NCBI GenBank assembly: GCA_965208675.1 | Contig: OZ242351.1 | Coordinates: forward strand, 4,032,001-4,096,000 | Source of the DNA: Candidatus Poribacteria bacterium | GTDB taxonomy: Bacteria; Poribacteria; WGA-4E; PCPOR2b | Direction of reading: 5' to 3' | DNA length: 64,000 bases | Shown: one piece after another, positions 29,183 through 38,911 of the stretch | Position numbering within the stretch: the first letter of the stretch is position 1 | Layout: every line of letters begins with the position of its first letter | Made by a program: the position numbers and the translations under genes | Notes under the pieces: generated by a model | Seen by the model: the letters and a program-made list of their open reading frames with translations, nothing else | The model's database searches: none | Told to the model about the DNA's origin: nothing

Positions 29183-29689
29183 ATGAAAACACCGGTACTC
29201 GTGTTGAATGCAAGCTACGAGGCGATTAATATTTGTAACTTAAAACGTGCGATGAAGATGATTATCAAAGGGGTAGCGTGTATGGAAGAAGTCTCAGATC
29301 AGGTTATCCGTTCGCCAAGCACCTCAATGAAAATTCCTTTGGTGATTCGGCTAGTGAATTATGTCCAAATCCCTCGCTGTGTTGTAAAGTTCTCACGAAG
29401 AAACGTATTTGTCCGGGACGCATACGTATGCCAGTATTGCCATGAGAAATTTCCTCATTCCATGTTAACGCTTGACCATGTTGTCCCAAGATCTCGCGGT
29501 GGTGCTACGGTATGGGAAAACGTCGCGACAGCGTGTAAAAAGTGTAACATCAAAAAAGGGAATTGCACACCGCGTGAAGCTAGCATGTTTCCCAAGCGCT
29601 CCCCTAAAGTTCCCTCGATTATCTCTTATTTGCATCTCAGCCGCCATTTGCGTTATGACGAGTCCTGGAACAAATATCTGTATATTTAA
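29183..29689 (+). CDS. HNH endonuclease (McrA-like)
   Basis: VLVLNASYE, RDAYVCQYC, TLDHVVPRSRGG, WENVATACKKCN. Confidence 0.93.
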   Translation: MKTPVLVLNASYEAINICNLKRAMKMIIKGVACMEEVSDQVIRSPSTSMKIPLVIRLVNYVQIPRCVVKFSRRNVFVRDAYVCQYCHEKFPHSMLTLDHVVPRSRGGATVWENVATACKKCNIKKGNCTPREASMFPKRSPKVPSIISYLHLSRHLRYDESWNKYLYI

Positions 29690-29693
29690 AGCT

Positions 29694-30365
29694 ATGCGTT
29701 TTTCTATCATCAGAACGCACTTTTTTGTTTTGAGTTTCCCTCTTCTAGGGTTAGCTTGTGCAATTCAAGCGCCCGAAGATTATTATTTTCAATTCTCCTT
29801 GATGGAAGAGTGGGGGAAACATAATCGACGAGAATCCGGGAGAGCGCCTAATGAATCCATTATCCATCCAGAAAATGCGGAACCGTTGGTTGTTGCATTT
29901 GAAGTTGGAAATCCCGCTTCGGGGTGGCTAGGGTTTGTACCTTATAATATGGCGGAGGACCAGCCTGCTAGCAAGCCCGCTACTGATACAATCAAACCTA
30001 AAGTTCCCATATCGCTCCAGCAAGAAGTGCTGCGTCAGATGTTTCAAGCGCAGGAAATTCACACGGTTCACTGGCGTCTAAACGATGGTCGTCTTGATGG
30101 CGGGGACAATATCTTTCAAATTCACTTTATTCCACAAACTTTGTCTGATATAGCAATAAAAAAAGAATTCCTGATGATATGTGCTATTGTACATGGAACC
30201 CAAACGCAAGAGGATACAGTTGATGTCATAAAGGGTATTGTTGAAGGAGAAGACGGTACACCGAAAATGATTGTGGAAATTCAAGTTACAGATTATGTTG
30301 ATTATCTTCGTGGACAAATTGACAATGCGGAGTGGGAGACTCAAGTAACACTAAAAAAATTTTGA
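29694..30365 (+). CDS. hypothetical lipoprotein
   Basis: MRFSII...LLGLAC lipobox; start reassigned from 29472. Confidence 0.7.
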   Translation: MRFSIIRTHFFVLSFPLLGLACAIQAPEDYYFQFSLMEEWGKHNRRESGRAPNESIIHPENAEPLVVAFEVGNPASGWLGFVPYNMAEDQPASKPATDTIKPKVPISLQQEVLRQMFQAQEIHTVHWRLNDGRLDGGDNIFQIHFIPQTLSDIAIKKEFLMICAIVHGTQTQEDTVDVIKGIVEGEDGTPKMIVEIQVTDYVDYLRGQIDNAEWETQVTLKKF

Positions 30366-30366
30366 C

Positions 30367-30714
30367 ATGGAGCAAAAAGTTCATCCAGAGCGATTGACAC
30401 GAAGATGGGAATTTCAGCGAGGGTATAAGAAGGGGAAGAAATATTGGAATCGGAGTTTTGTTGTATATGTATCTCGGAATTCTCTAAATGTGGTACGTCT
30501 CGGCATTACCACCAGTAAAAAGTTAGGGAACAGTGTCAAACGGAATCGAGTCAAAAGGTTAATCAGAGAATCATTCAGATTATCAAAACATCGAATTTGT
30601 CCGAATTACGATCTTATCGTCGTGGGACGAACGGCCGCGCTTGATATGAAATGCCAGCAAGCCAAGTCTTCATTCTTGCAGCTTTTGCGCCAAGCCAAGA
30701 TTCTCATAATGTGA
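30367..30714 (+). CDS. rnpA: ribonuclease P protein component
   Basis: RLGITTSKKLGNSVKRNRVKRLIRE (RNR motif). Confidence 0.95.
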   Translation: MEQKVHPERLTRRWEFQRGYKKGKKYWNRSFVVYVSRNSLNVVRLGITTSKKLGNSVKRNRVKRLIRESFRLSKHRICPNYDLIVVGRTAALDMKCQQAKSSFLQLLRQAKILIM

Positions 30715-30726
30715 CTATTTTTGTCC

Positions 30727-30936
30727 ATGAAAATAATTCTGATTTATCTGATACGCCTCTATCGAAAATTTATTTCCCCGCTCTTTCCGCCAACTTGCCG
30801 TTTCTACCCTACGTGCTCCCAGTATTCTTTAGAAGCAATAATGAAGCATAATCTTTTGAAAGCGTGTTGGTTAACGCTCAAACGATTGTCGAAGTGCCAA
30901 CCTTTTCACCCCGGTGGCTATGATCCGCTCAAATAA
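30727..30936 (+). CDS. yidD: membrane protein insertion efficiency factor
   Basis: [18 protein letters not shown]...[12 protein letters not shown]. Confidence 0.95.
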   Translation: MKIILIYLIRLYRKFISPLFPPTCRFYPTCSQYSLEAIMKHNLLKACWLTLKRLSKCQPFHPGGYDPLK

Positions 30937-31165
30937 AATGCCAATAGGTTTATGCGGCTGAATTGGGTCAAGCATTAAATACCGGAATTCTGTAATAACG
31001 TTTAACGGAGCTCGTAATTCCTAATCTCCATCTTCCATCTGTAGCTCTGCCGGCGTAATGCGTTGCCCCCTAGCGTCTATAGAATGCGCGTGCAATGCTA
31101 ACAACGTGTAAGTGTGAATATAACTATTTAGGATTATAATATTTCATCTATGAGGAGTTTCTTGA

Positions 31166-32956
31166 ATGGAGAGGCGTTACATCCTAGCGATTGCGCTCAT
31201 GATTATTGTAATGGTTAGCTGGACCATCTTCTTTAGTCCGCCGCCGCCTGAGCAAACCCCCGACCGGGAGCGGGAGGATTCGCCGACCGCCCCGTCTGAA
31301 TCTACATTTGAAACGCCTACACCAACACAAAGGGATGAGTCATCGCTTTATTTGAGTAGGGTTCAAGAAGGTCCAAGAACTCTTGTGCAAACCGACAACT
31401 ATGACATTTCCTTTATTGACGAGCACGCAATTGTCCAAGAATGGAGACTTAGAAAATATCCAGATCGCTCCGGCAACGACGAATCAATCAACTTGATTCC
31501 AAAGAGTGCCCAAAGTTGCCTCCGAGTTGATATTCCTGGTTTGGAGAATGACACAGTGTCAGCTGTCTGGAAGGCGGACAAACAGCAGGTGATTCTCAAC
31601 AATCAGCCTCAAGACAAGCTGACCTTCAAAACTCAAATTGGAGATAAACTCAAGGTATCCAAGGAATTTACCTTTTATCAAGATCGCTATTTTGTGGACG
31701 TAGCGCTGACTTTAGAAAACATATCAAATCAACCGTTAGAGAATTATAAACTGTATTGGGGACCGGGAATTAATGCAGACCTTTTGCTCCATGAGAGCAA
31801 GCACAGCGGCAAAGGGAGACGGGCTTTAAAAAATGAGGGGGCGGTAGCATATATAGGACACGGCAAGCCAAAACAAGATCTTAGCGAGTCAGGGAAAAAC
31901 GCTCCCGTCAAATGGGCGGGGATGAATAGCAAGTATTTTGCCGCGCTTATGATTCCAGATCCATCGCTCAATGCTTTGTATGAACGCGAAGAACTCATAG
32001 ATAATGGAGAAAATCCATCGGCCGAGATTGCTGCCTGGAAAGACGCGGCACGACTTACCATTCCCGCCAATGGACGGCGCACCGACGTTTTTCGCATCTA
32101 TGTTGGACCTAAGGAAGATAGCATCTTGAACAAGGTTACGCATCCCAATGCGCCTGATGAGCCGCTTAGATTGAACAAAATTATCGACCTTGGCTTTTTG
32201 TGGCCGGTCGCTTGGGCGATGCTCTGGTTGCTTCGTGGACTCAATAGTATGATTGGAAATTATGGGATTTCAATCATTCTTTTGACCTTATTTACGAAAC
32301 TGGCTGCCTACCCCCTCATCCGGAAGAGCTATAAGTCGATGAAGGAGATGCAGGAACTCCAGCCCTTACTTGCAGAATTAAAGGAGAAGTATAGAGACGA
32401 CCCACAGAAGTTGAATCGTGCCACAATGCGATTATACAAAGAACACGGTGTCAATCCGCTAGGAGGTTGTATTCCTTGGTTACCGCAGTTGCCAATCCTT
32501 TTCGCGTTATTCACGGTTTTTGGAAACGCGGTGGAGCTTCGTGGCGCCCCTTTCTGCTTATGGATGGACGATTTGTCTGGACCTGATACCTTGTTACCGT
32601 TACCCTTTACGATTCCGCTGATTTTAACTCAGATTGATGCTATTCGATTTTTACCCATCATCTACGGTGTGACTACCTTGTTACAACAAAAAATGAACGC
32701 GGGGGTTACGCCTATCGCAGATAATACTCAGGCAAAGATTATGCAGTTTATTCCCTTTATATTTGTGTTTATTCTTTATAATTGGTCATCGGGGTTAATT
32801 CTTTATTGGACATGTAGTAACTTTTTTGAAATTGGACGGCACCTTTTAACTCAGCGCCGGAAATCAGATGAAACCGAACCTGTCAAAACCTTAACATCAG
32901 GGAAACAATCAAAGCTAACAAAAAGGAGATCTCAACTCCAAAATCGAAGATCTTAA
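31166..32956 (+). CDS. yidC: membrane protein insertase YidC
   Basis: YVGPK, GNYGISII, KEHGVNPLGGC, DLSGPD. Confidence 0.95.
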   Translation: MERRYILAIALMIIVMVSWTIFFSPPPPEQTPDREREDSPTAPSESTFETPTPTQRDESSLYLSRVQEGPRTLVQTDNYDISFIDEHAIVQEWRLRKYPDRSGNDESINLIPKSAQSCLRVDIPGLENDTVSAVWKADKQQVILNNQPQDKLTFKTQIGDKLKVSKEFTFYQDRYFVDVALTLENISNQPLENYKLYWGPGINADLLLHESKHSGKGRRALKNEGAVAYIGHGKPKQDLSESGKNAPVKWAGMNSKYFAALMIPDPSLNALYEREELIDNGENPSAEIAAWKDAARLTIPANGRRTDVFRIYVGPKEDSILNKVTHPNAPDEPLRLNKIIDLGFLWPVAWAMLWLLRGLNSMIGNYGISIILLTLFTKLAAYPLIRKSYKSMKEMQELQPLLAELKEKYRDDPQKLNRATMRLYKEHGVNPLGGCIPWLPQLPILFALFTVFGNAVELRGAPFCLWMDDLSGPDTLLPLPFTIPLILTQIDAIRFLPIIYGVTTLLQQKMNAGVTPIADNTQAKIMQFIPFIFVFILYNWSSGLILYWTCSNFFEIGRHLLTQRRKSDETEPVKTLTSGKQSKLTKRRSQLQNRRS

Positions 32957-33012
32957 TTTAATCTACTATTATTATTGGGTCTCATATTGGGGTTTCGGGA
33001 AGACAAGGTACC

Positions 33013-33645
33013 GTGCAACAATATGTTGAAACGGAAGGCAAAACTACAGAAGAGGCTTTGGAACACGCACTTGAAAAACTCGATGTTAGCCGAGAACAAG
33101 TCAGTGTAAAAGTTATCCATGAAGCCACAAAGGGAATCTTAGGATTAGGCACGAAATTAGCCAAAATTCGTGCTACCGTAAAGGGCGGTATTACCCCAAC
33201 CCCGGAATCTGTGCTGCATGAACTGTTAACCCGTATGGGAGTCGAAGCAGAGATTGAAACCCGTAACATTGACGGTAACGTTCATCTCATAGTTAGTGCT
33301 GATACGCCTGGCTTATTAATTGGAAGACATGGGCAGACACTTAATGCAATAGAATACTTGGTCAACTGTATTTTGAACAAGTCATCTCTAGTTAAGAAGA
33401 GAGTTTTTGTTGATACAGAGGGGTACCGTGAACGTCGTGAAACTCTGCTTGTTGATTTGGCTAATCGAACTGCCGCCAAGGTAAAGCAAACAAACTTGGA
33501 GATTGTCCTAAATCCGATGACACCTCAGGATCGTCGGATTGTTCACGTCGCATTACAGTCGGACAATGGCGTTGGGACTTATAGCCGTGGAGAGGGCATG
33601 CTGCGGTGCGTCGTCGTCACGCCACACGAAAACCACGACCCATGA
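33013..33645 (+). CDS. jag: Jag/KhpB RNA-binding protein
   Basis: EGKTTEEALE Jag_N, LLIGRHGQTL KH, DRRIVH R3H. Confidence 0.93.
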   Translation: MQQYVETEGKTTEEALEHALEKLDVSREQVSVKVIHEATKGILGLGTKLAKIRATVKGGITPTPESVLHELLTRMGVEAEIETRNIDGNVHLIVSADTPGLLIGRHGQTLNAIEYLVNCILNKSSLVKKRVFVDTEGYRERRETLLVDLANRTAAKVKQTNLEIVLNPMTPQDRRIVHVALQSDNGVGTYSRGEGMLRCVVVTPHENHDP

Positions 33646-33654
33646 CATGGGGTT

Positions 33655-35040
33655 ATGATTCTATCAGATACGATTGCTGCAATTGCAACGCCGCGAGGCG
33701 AAGGCGGCATCGGGATTGTTAGGGTTAGTGGCTCCCTTGCTGTTCCTATCGCTTGTAAGATTTTCCGGTCACCACGACATACCTCGCCAGCCCAATTTTC
33801 AACCCATACGCTAAACTATGGGCGTGTTGTCCATCCCGTTTCAAAAGCTGTAATTGATGAAGTGATGCTGGGAATTATGTTGGCACCCAAATCTTATACG
33901 GCGGAGGACGTCGTTGAGTTTAACTGCCACGGAGGAGTCATTCCATTACAGCAAGTCCTCGAATTGACCCTGCAAGCGGGAGCGCGTCTTGCAGAACCGG
34001 GAGAATTCACCAAACGCGCCTTTCTCAATGAAAGGTTGGATCTTGCTCAAGCAGAGGCAGTTGTTGATATAATTCGATCCCAAACAGAACTCAATGCCCG
34101 CGTTGCTATGGATCTGCTGAGCGGCAAGCTATCCCAAGAAGTAAACACGCTCAGTGACCGGCTTGCGGACTTGCTCGCAGAAGTCGAAGCGTCAATTGAT
34201 TTTCCTGATGAAGACCTTGATTTTATTGATTTAGAGACGGTGCGGAAATCCGCTGAAGCCGTCCTCAAAGGGTTAAATCGCTTGATGGCGACCGCGTCGG
34301 ATGGTAAAATTTTGCGAGAAGGCGCCCGCGTCGCGATTCTCGGCAAGCCAAATGTTGGGAAATCAAGCTTACTTAACGCTTTGTTGGCGCAAGAACGGGC
34401 GATTGTCACGGAAATCCCCGGCACGACTCGGGATTCAATCGAAGAGCCGCTAAACCTACGCGGCATTCCGCTTAAGTTGATTGATACCGCAGGTATACAT
34501 CAGACTGAAGATGTTGTTGAACGCCAAGGCATAGTGCGTAGCAAATCCTATTTGGACGGTGCAGATTTACTTCTAGTGATGTTTGATGCTTCTCAACCGC
34601 TAACTGAAGCAGATGGGCAATTGTTAGATGCTGTCAACCGCCGTAATGCAATTTTCGTATTAAACAAAGTAGATTTGCCCTTAGTAACGACGATCGCAAA
34701 TCTTCAGACTTATGCTCCCCAGTATTCGATAGTTCAAACTTCCGTTTTGCATGGAGACGGTATTGAAGATTTGAAAACAGCGATTGTCAAGGAAATTCTC
34801 AAGGGACGAGAAACAATAAGCGACGGGCTGATTGTCACAAATCTTCGTCACTACGAGGCATTGCACCGAGCAAAAATTACACTTGAACAGGCGCGCGATA
34901 GCTTAGTTCGGGCACAGTCACATGATCTAATCGCGGTAGACTTGCGGACTAGTTTAGATTGCCTTGGTGAGATTGTTGGCAAAATAACAACCGAAGACAT
35001 TCTAGACCGAATTTTTTCGCAATTCTGCATCGGTAAATGA
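33655..35040 (+). CDS. mnmE: tRNA modification GTPase MnmE
   Basis: DTIAAIATP, GKPNVGKSSL, PGTTRD, C-terminal FCIGK. Confidence 0.97.
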   Translation: MILSDTIAAIATPRGEGGIGIVRVSGSLAVPIACKIFRSPRHTSPAQFSTHTLNYGRVVHPVSKAVIDEVMLGIMLAPKSYTAEDVVEFNCHGGVIPLQQVLELTLQAGARLAEPGEFTKRAFLNERLDLAQAEAVVDIIRSQTELNARVAMDLLSGKLSQEVNTLSDRLADLLAEVEASIDFPDEDLDFIDLETVRKSAEAVLKGLNRLMATASDGKILREGARVAILGKPNVGKSSLLNALLAQERAIVTEIPGTTRDSIEEPLNLRGIPLKLIDTAGIHQTEDVVERQGIVRSKSYLDGADLLLVMFDASQPLTEADGQLLDAVNRRNAIFVLNKVDLPLVTTIANLQTYAPQYSIVQTSVLHGDGIEDLKTAIVKEILKGRETISDGLIVTNLRHYEALHRAKITLEQARDSLVRAQSHDLIAVDLRTSLDCLGEIVGKITTEDILDRIFSQFCIGK

Positions 35041-35056
35041 TATGGAGGGTGCTTAG

Positions 35057-35308
35057 ATGTTGGGACCGCAGCAGTTGTGGTGTCCTCGTTGCAAGCGGTA
35101 CGTGGACACTAAACAAAAGCAAAACAAAGCGGGGAGACATGGTAAATTAGTGAAAATTGTCACGACTTGTGGAAGATGTCGGACAACTTTAAGCAGTAAG
35201 ACAACTAGCACTCAAGTGGTTGAACAGATTCAAGCCAAAACGGTTACAGAGCAAATGCCAAGTGATTCAGTAAGGGAAGAAACTGAGAAAAACGGGGATG
35301 AATCTTGA
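35057..35308 (+). CDS. small putative zinc-ribbon protein
   Basis: CPRC...CGRC; GGAGG RBS; 16 bp after mnmE. Confidence 0.6.
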   Translation: MLGPQQLWCPRCKRYVDTKQKQNKAGRHGKLVKIVTTCGRCRTTLSSKTTSTQVVEQIQAKTVTEQMPSDSVREETEKNGDES

Positions 35309-35624
35309 CCAATCGACCACAGGCAATTGGAATTCCAAATGTGATTAGGAGGTATCAGAGGAGGTTTGGGGGTTTATTCAATCCGTACCCCGATTCAATA
35401 CCCGATTTGACTCCAGCAATACGCCGATTTTGCACCTAAGAAGGATGCAACCTAACCCGAATGCTTTTCAAATTTCGTCCTGTCGAATTTGAGATAAATT
35501 AAACATGGAACTAGTTTCGCGTGCCGACGCCAATTTTGGAACTTTGCTTACATAGTTTGGGTGAGGTAAACAATGATACGTTTTATCCTATAATTAACAA
35601 TCCGAATATCAAAGGAGATTACAG

Positions 35625-36524
35625 ATGTTAAATCGTACTTGGAAGCAGAATCAGCTATCGGTGTTGGTTATCCTGATGTTTACCGCCGCTGCCTATCCGC
35701 TTGCCTTTGCATCAACCGAGATTAAGTGGGAAAAGTCAATTGAAAAGGGAATGATGGAAGCCCAAGAATCAGGTAAACCCATTATGATGGATTTTTACAC
35801 AGAATGGTGAGGTTCCTGTAAGCGGCTGGATGCCACTACGTTTAGCGATTCAAAAGTTGTTGAACTGTCAAAAAAGTTTGTTACCTTGAAGTTGAATCCG
35901 GAGTCAAGTGATGAGCACGCTGAAGCTTACAGGACATACGGAGATGGATCAGGTGCCGTACCAACTATTGCATTCGTTGACACTGAAGGGAATCCCATCA
36001 GTGTTATCGTTGGTTACCGAGATGCAAAGCAATTTGCCGAGCTTATGGAAGGAACTCTCAAGGAGGAAGAACGGTTCCAGCAACTGAAAACTGAAATCAA
36101 AGAAAAACCAGATGCCCCGATGATTAATGCTGAAATTGCAATCATCTATGTCAAGCGGGGAAACTTTGAGAAAGGCAAACCTATCGCCGATAAGGTTCTT
36201 AAGCTAGATTCAAAGAACACCACCGGTTTGTTGCCGGAAATCCACCTCAACCTAGGATTACATTACGCAACGCATGCTGATGGTGAAAACGCGGAAGATT
36301 TTTATCGAAATGCGGAGACGCACTTTCAAACGGTCATCGAAAAGTACGCACAAAGCGCAGTTTTTGAGCAGGCTAAGTATCACCTGAGCTTAACCTATGC
36401 ACTTCAACAAAGGTATCAACAAGCAATCGAAATTCTTGTAACTTTGAGCGATTCTGAGGACGAAGACATTAAGGCAAGTGCTGCTGTTTTGTTAGATCGC
36501 ATCAAAACATTCATAAATGAGTAG
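35625..36524 (+). CDS. exported thioredoxin-fold + TPR selenoprotein (UxxC), 299 aa with TGA readthrough
   Basis: 35625-35810 and 35886-36524 are in the same frame; readthrough gives GKPIMMDFYTEW-U-GSCKRLDATTF; signal-peptide-like N-terminus; AAAGGAG RBS. Confidence 0.88.
35818..35839 (+). other. candidate bacterial SECIS element
   Basis: GTAaGcGGC-TGGAT-GCCaCTAC hairpin, loop starts 16 nt after TGA, G in second loop position. Confidence 0.55.
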
Positions 36525-36544
36525 CCTGTACTAACGTCACAAAC

Positions 36545-37294
36545 CTAAGACCCCTGATGATCCCGTGTCAGTTGTGATGCGGGCGTATTGTCGTTCTGCA
36601 GCGCTTGAACTTCTGCTGGCGTTAGCATTCGGTACTTTCCAAGTGTGAGTTGCCCTAGCTTGAGGCTTCCTACCTGCACCCGTTTCAGCTCAATCACCTT
36701 GTGCCCCACTGCCTTGAACATACGGCGAATTTGCCGTTTTTTGCCTTCATGAATGACAAGTTTGAATTGAGTTGATTCTCCTTTACACCCAATTTGAACT
36801 ACAATCGCAGGCGCGGTGCAGCCGCCTACAATCTCAATCCCATCGCGCAATTGCTGAATTGCTTGTTGGCTTGGTTGACGCTCCACTTGTGCGATATAAG
36901 TTTTCTTCACTTCATGGCTAGGATGAGTCAACCGATATGCGAACGCGCCGTCATTGGTCATGAGTAGAAGCCCCGCTGTATCTAAGTCCAACCGTCCCAC
37001 CGGATAAATGTCTTGCGAAATGCCGCGCACAAGTTCCATGACAGTTGCACGGCCACGCTCATCGCTGCGGGTTGTTAGGTACCCCGCGGGTTTGTTAAGC
37101 ATCAAGTAAACCTTCTGTGGGTTTCCCTCTACCCGGCTGCCATCAAACTTAATTGTGTCCCGCCCCGCAACTATATGTCTACCGGGAACCCGGATACACT
37201 CATCGTTGACTGTTACCCGCCCCGCTTGAATGTACTTTTTCGAGTTGCGTCGAGAGGCAATGCCGCATTCAGCAAGGAATTTTTCAAGACGCAT
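36545..37294 (-). CDS. rRNA pseudouridine synthase (RluB/RsuA family)
   Basis: MRLEKFLAECGIASRR S4 domain, YPVGRLDLDTAGLLLMTNDG, EGKKRQIRRM. Confidence 0.93.
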   Translation of the reverse strand: MRLEKFLAECGIASRRNSKKYIQAGRVTVNDECIRVPGRHIVAGRDTIKFDGSRVEGNPQKVYLMLNKPAGYLTTRSDERGRATVMELVRGISQDIYPVGRLDLDTAGLLLMTNDGAFAYRLTHPSHEVKKTYIAQVERQPSQQAIQQLRDGIEIVGGCTAPAIVVQIGCKGESTQFKLVIHEGKKRQIRRMFKAVGHKVIELKRVQVGSLKLGQLTLGKYRMLTPAEVQALQNDNTPASQLTRDHQGS

Positions 37295-37342
37295 GGATAT
37301 GCACAAATGCCATTGAATGAATTAAGGGATTGGAGATGTTGC

Positions 37343-38002
37343 CTACCGAGTAAAGCCTAATTTATCGTGAAACTGTTCAATTCGCCAGCCATTAGCAGTA
37401 GCAATTCGGCGCAATTTCCCATCGGGATTGACGGCGACTGGATGACCGACCAGTTGAAGCTTGTGTGCGTCGGAGTAGTGGTTCCCATAGGCATAGGATT
37501 GGCTCAAGTCGAATCCGTGTTCCTTCGCAATTTGCTGGACTAAAATCGCCTTGTTTTCACCATAACAATTTCTTCCGATTCGACGACCGGTGAAATTCCC
37601 GTTTACAACTTCCAACACATTCCCAATCATCATATCCGTCTGCAAGTAATCGTGAAACAATCTGATTAAAATCTCTAGAGATCCTGATAGGATAATCACC
37701 CTTCGCCCCTCCGCCCGATGAAATTCAATGCGCTCAAAAACTCGTGGAGAGATGCTATTGATGAGACGTTCAGCAACGCAAAGCTGCGCCATTTCACAAA
37801 TGTGTTGGTAGTCTAGCCCGCGCAAATAGACTTTGTTGGCTTTCGATTCGCGCAAATTTCTAGACTTGATAAAATGGGCAGTCCAACGCAACAAGTTACC
37901 CAGCGGAATTTCACCATTCGCCAACAGGAAATTAAGGAAAACTCTCTCAGAAGAGTGATTGATGATAGTCCCATCTAAATCGAAAATGGCGCAAGTACGC
38001 AT
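37343..38002 (-). CDS. HAD-IB family hydrolase
   Basis: FDLDGTI, SYAYGNHYSD, PVAVNPD. Confidence 0.88.
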   Translation of the reverse strand: MRTCAIFDLDGTIINHSSERVFLNFLLANGEIPLGNLLRWTAHFIKSRNLRESKANKVYLRGLDYQHICEMAQLCVAERLINSISPRVFERIEFHRAEGRRVIILSGSLEILIRLFHDYLQTDMMIGNVLEVVNGNFTGRRIGRNCYGENKAILVQQIAKEHGFDLSQSYAYGNHYSDAHKLQLVGHPVAVNPDGKLRRIATANGWRIEQFHDKLGFTR

Positions 38003-38105
38003 GGAAATAACTCGCAAAATAGACGCTGGGCGTTATATGATTGTGTATACGTAAATTTCTAATGCTGATGATGTGTCAGCGTTGCACCCATCAGTCTAAA
38101 GTGCA

Positions 38106-38831
38106 TTAGGCTTCTAACTGTCCCAATGCTGCTCGATAGTCTTTAACTGCTTGTCGGATGCCGACGTAAAGGGCATGAGAGATTAGATGGTGGCCGATAG
38201 AAACCTCCAACAAGCCCGGTAATTTCCGCATCCGTGGCAGATTGTCTAAATTGAGATCGTGACCGGCATTTATACCTAACCCCAAACTGGCTGCCTTTTC
38301 CGCAGATTTAGCCAACAAGTTAAACTCAGCTTCAAACTCCTGCTCAGACTCTGCCGAAGCGTAAGGGGCGGTGTACAACTCGATTCGGTCAGCGCCGACT
38401 TCCTTCGCTAATTCAATCTGGTTCAGATTTGTACCGCTGAACAAACTTACGCGAATCCCTACATCTTTCAGACGTTGAATCACCGGCCTGAGTTGCTCTC
38501 CATCTTTCGCCAAATCCCAGACATGGTGGCTTGTAACTTCTCCCGGTACGACAGGTACGAGTGTGCATTGATCGGGGCGAAGTTCCATGACCATATTGAG
38601 CAAGTCGGGTCTTGGGTCGCCTTCAATATTGTATTCAATCGTGACCATCTCAGCAATCTCGTAAACATCATTCGGCGTTATATGCCGCTTGTCTGCTCTT
38701 GGGTGAACCGTGATGCCTTGCGCACCAGCAGTGATGCAGGTCTGGACGGCTTTAGGCAAATTTGGGATATCCCCGCCTCTCGCATTTCTTAATGTCGCAA
38801 ATTTATTTACGTTTACACTCAAGTTAATCAT
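38106..38831 (-). CDS. pdxJ: pyridoxine 5'-phosphate synthase
   Basis: LSVNVNKFATLRNARG, ITVHPRAD, NAGHDL, EVSIGH. Confidence 0.96.
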   Translation of the reverse strand: MINLSVNVNKFATLRNARGGDIPNLPKAVQTCITAGAQGITVHPRADKRHITPNDVYEIAEMVTIEYNIEGDPRPDLLNMVMELRPDQCTLVPVVPGEVTSHHVWDLAKDGEQLRPVIQRLKDVGIRVSLFSGTNLNQIELAKEVGADRIELYTAPYASAESEQEFEAEFNLLAKSAEKAASLGLGINAGHDLNLDNLPRMRKLPGLLEVSIGHHLISHALYVGIRQAVKDYRAALGQLEA

Positions 38832-38911
38832 CCTCTATTGCCTCCATCATCTCTAATCCATCCTCGGTGAATTTGGTCGTAATTTCCATAATCCCCAGAT
38901 AATTCCCCGCA

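Noticed and set aside
29472-29693. N-terminal extension of the lipoprotein overlapping the HNH gene
   Set aside because: The lipobox signal begins at ATG 29694, just after the HNH stop
35340-35470. Short ACCCGATT-like repeats after the zinc-ribbon gene
   Set aside because: Too short and degenerate to distinguish from chance
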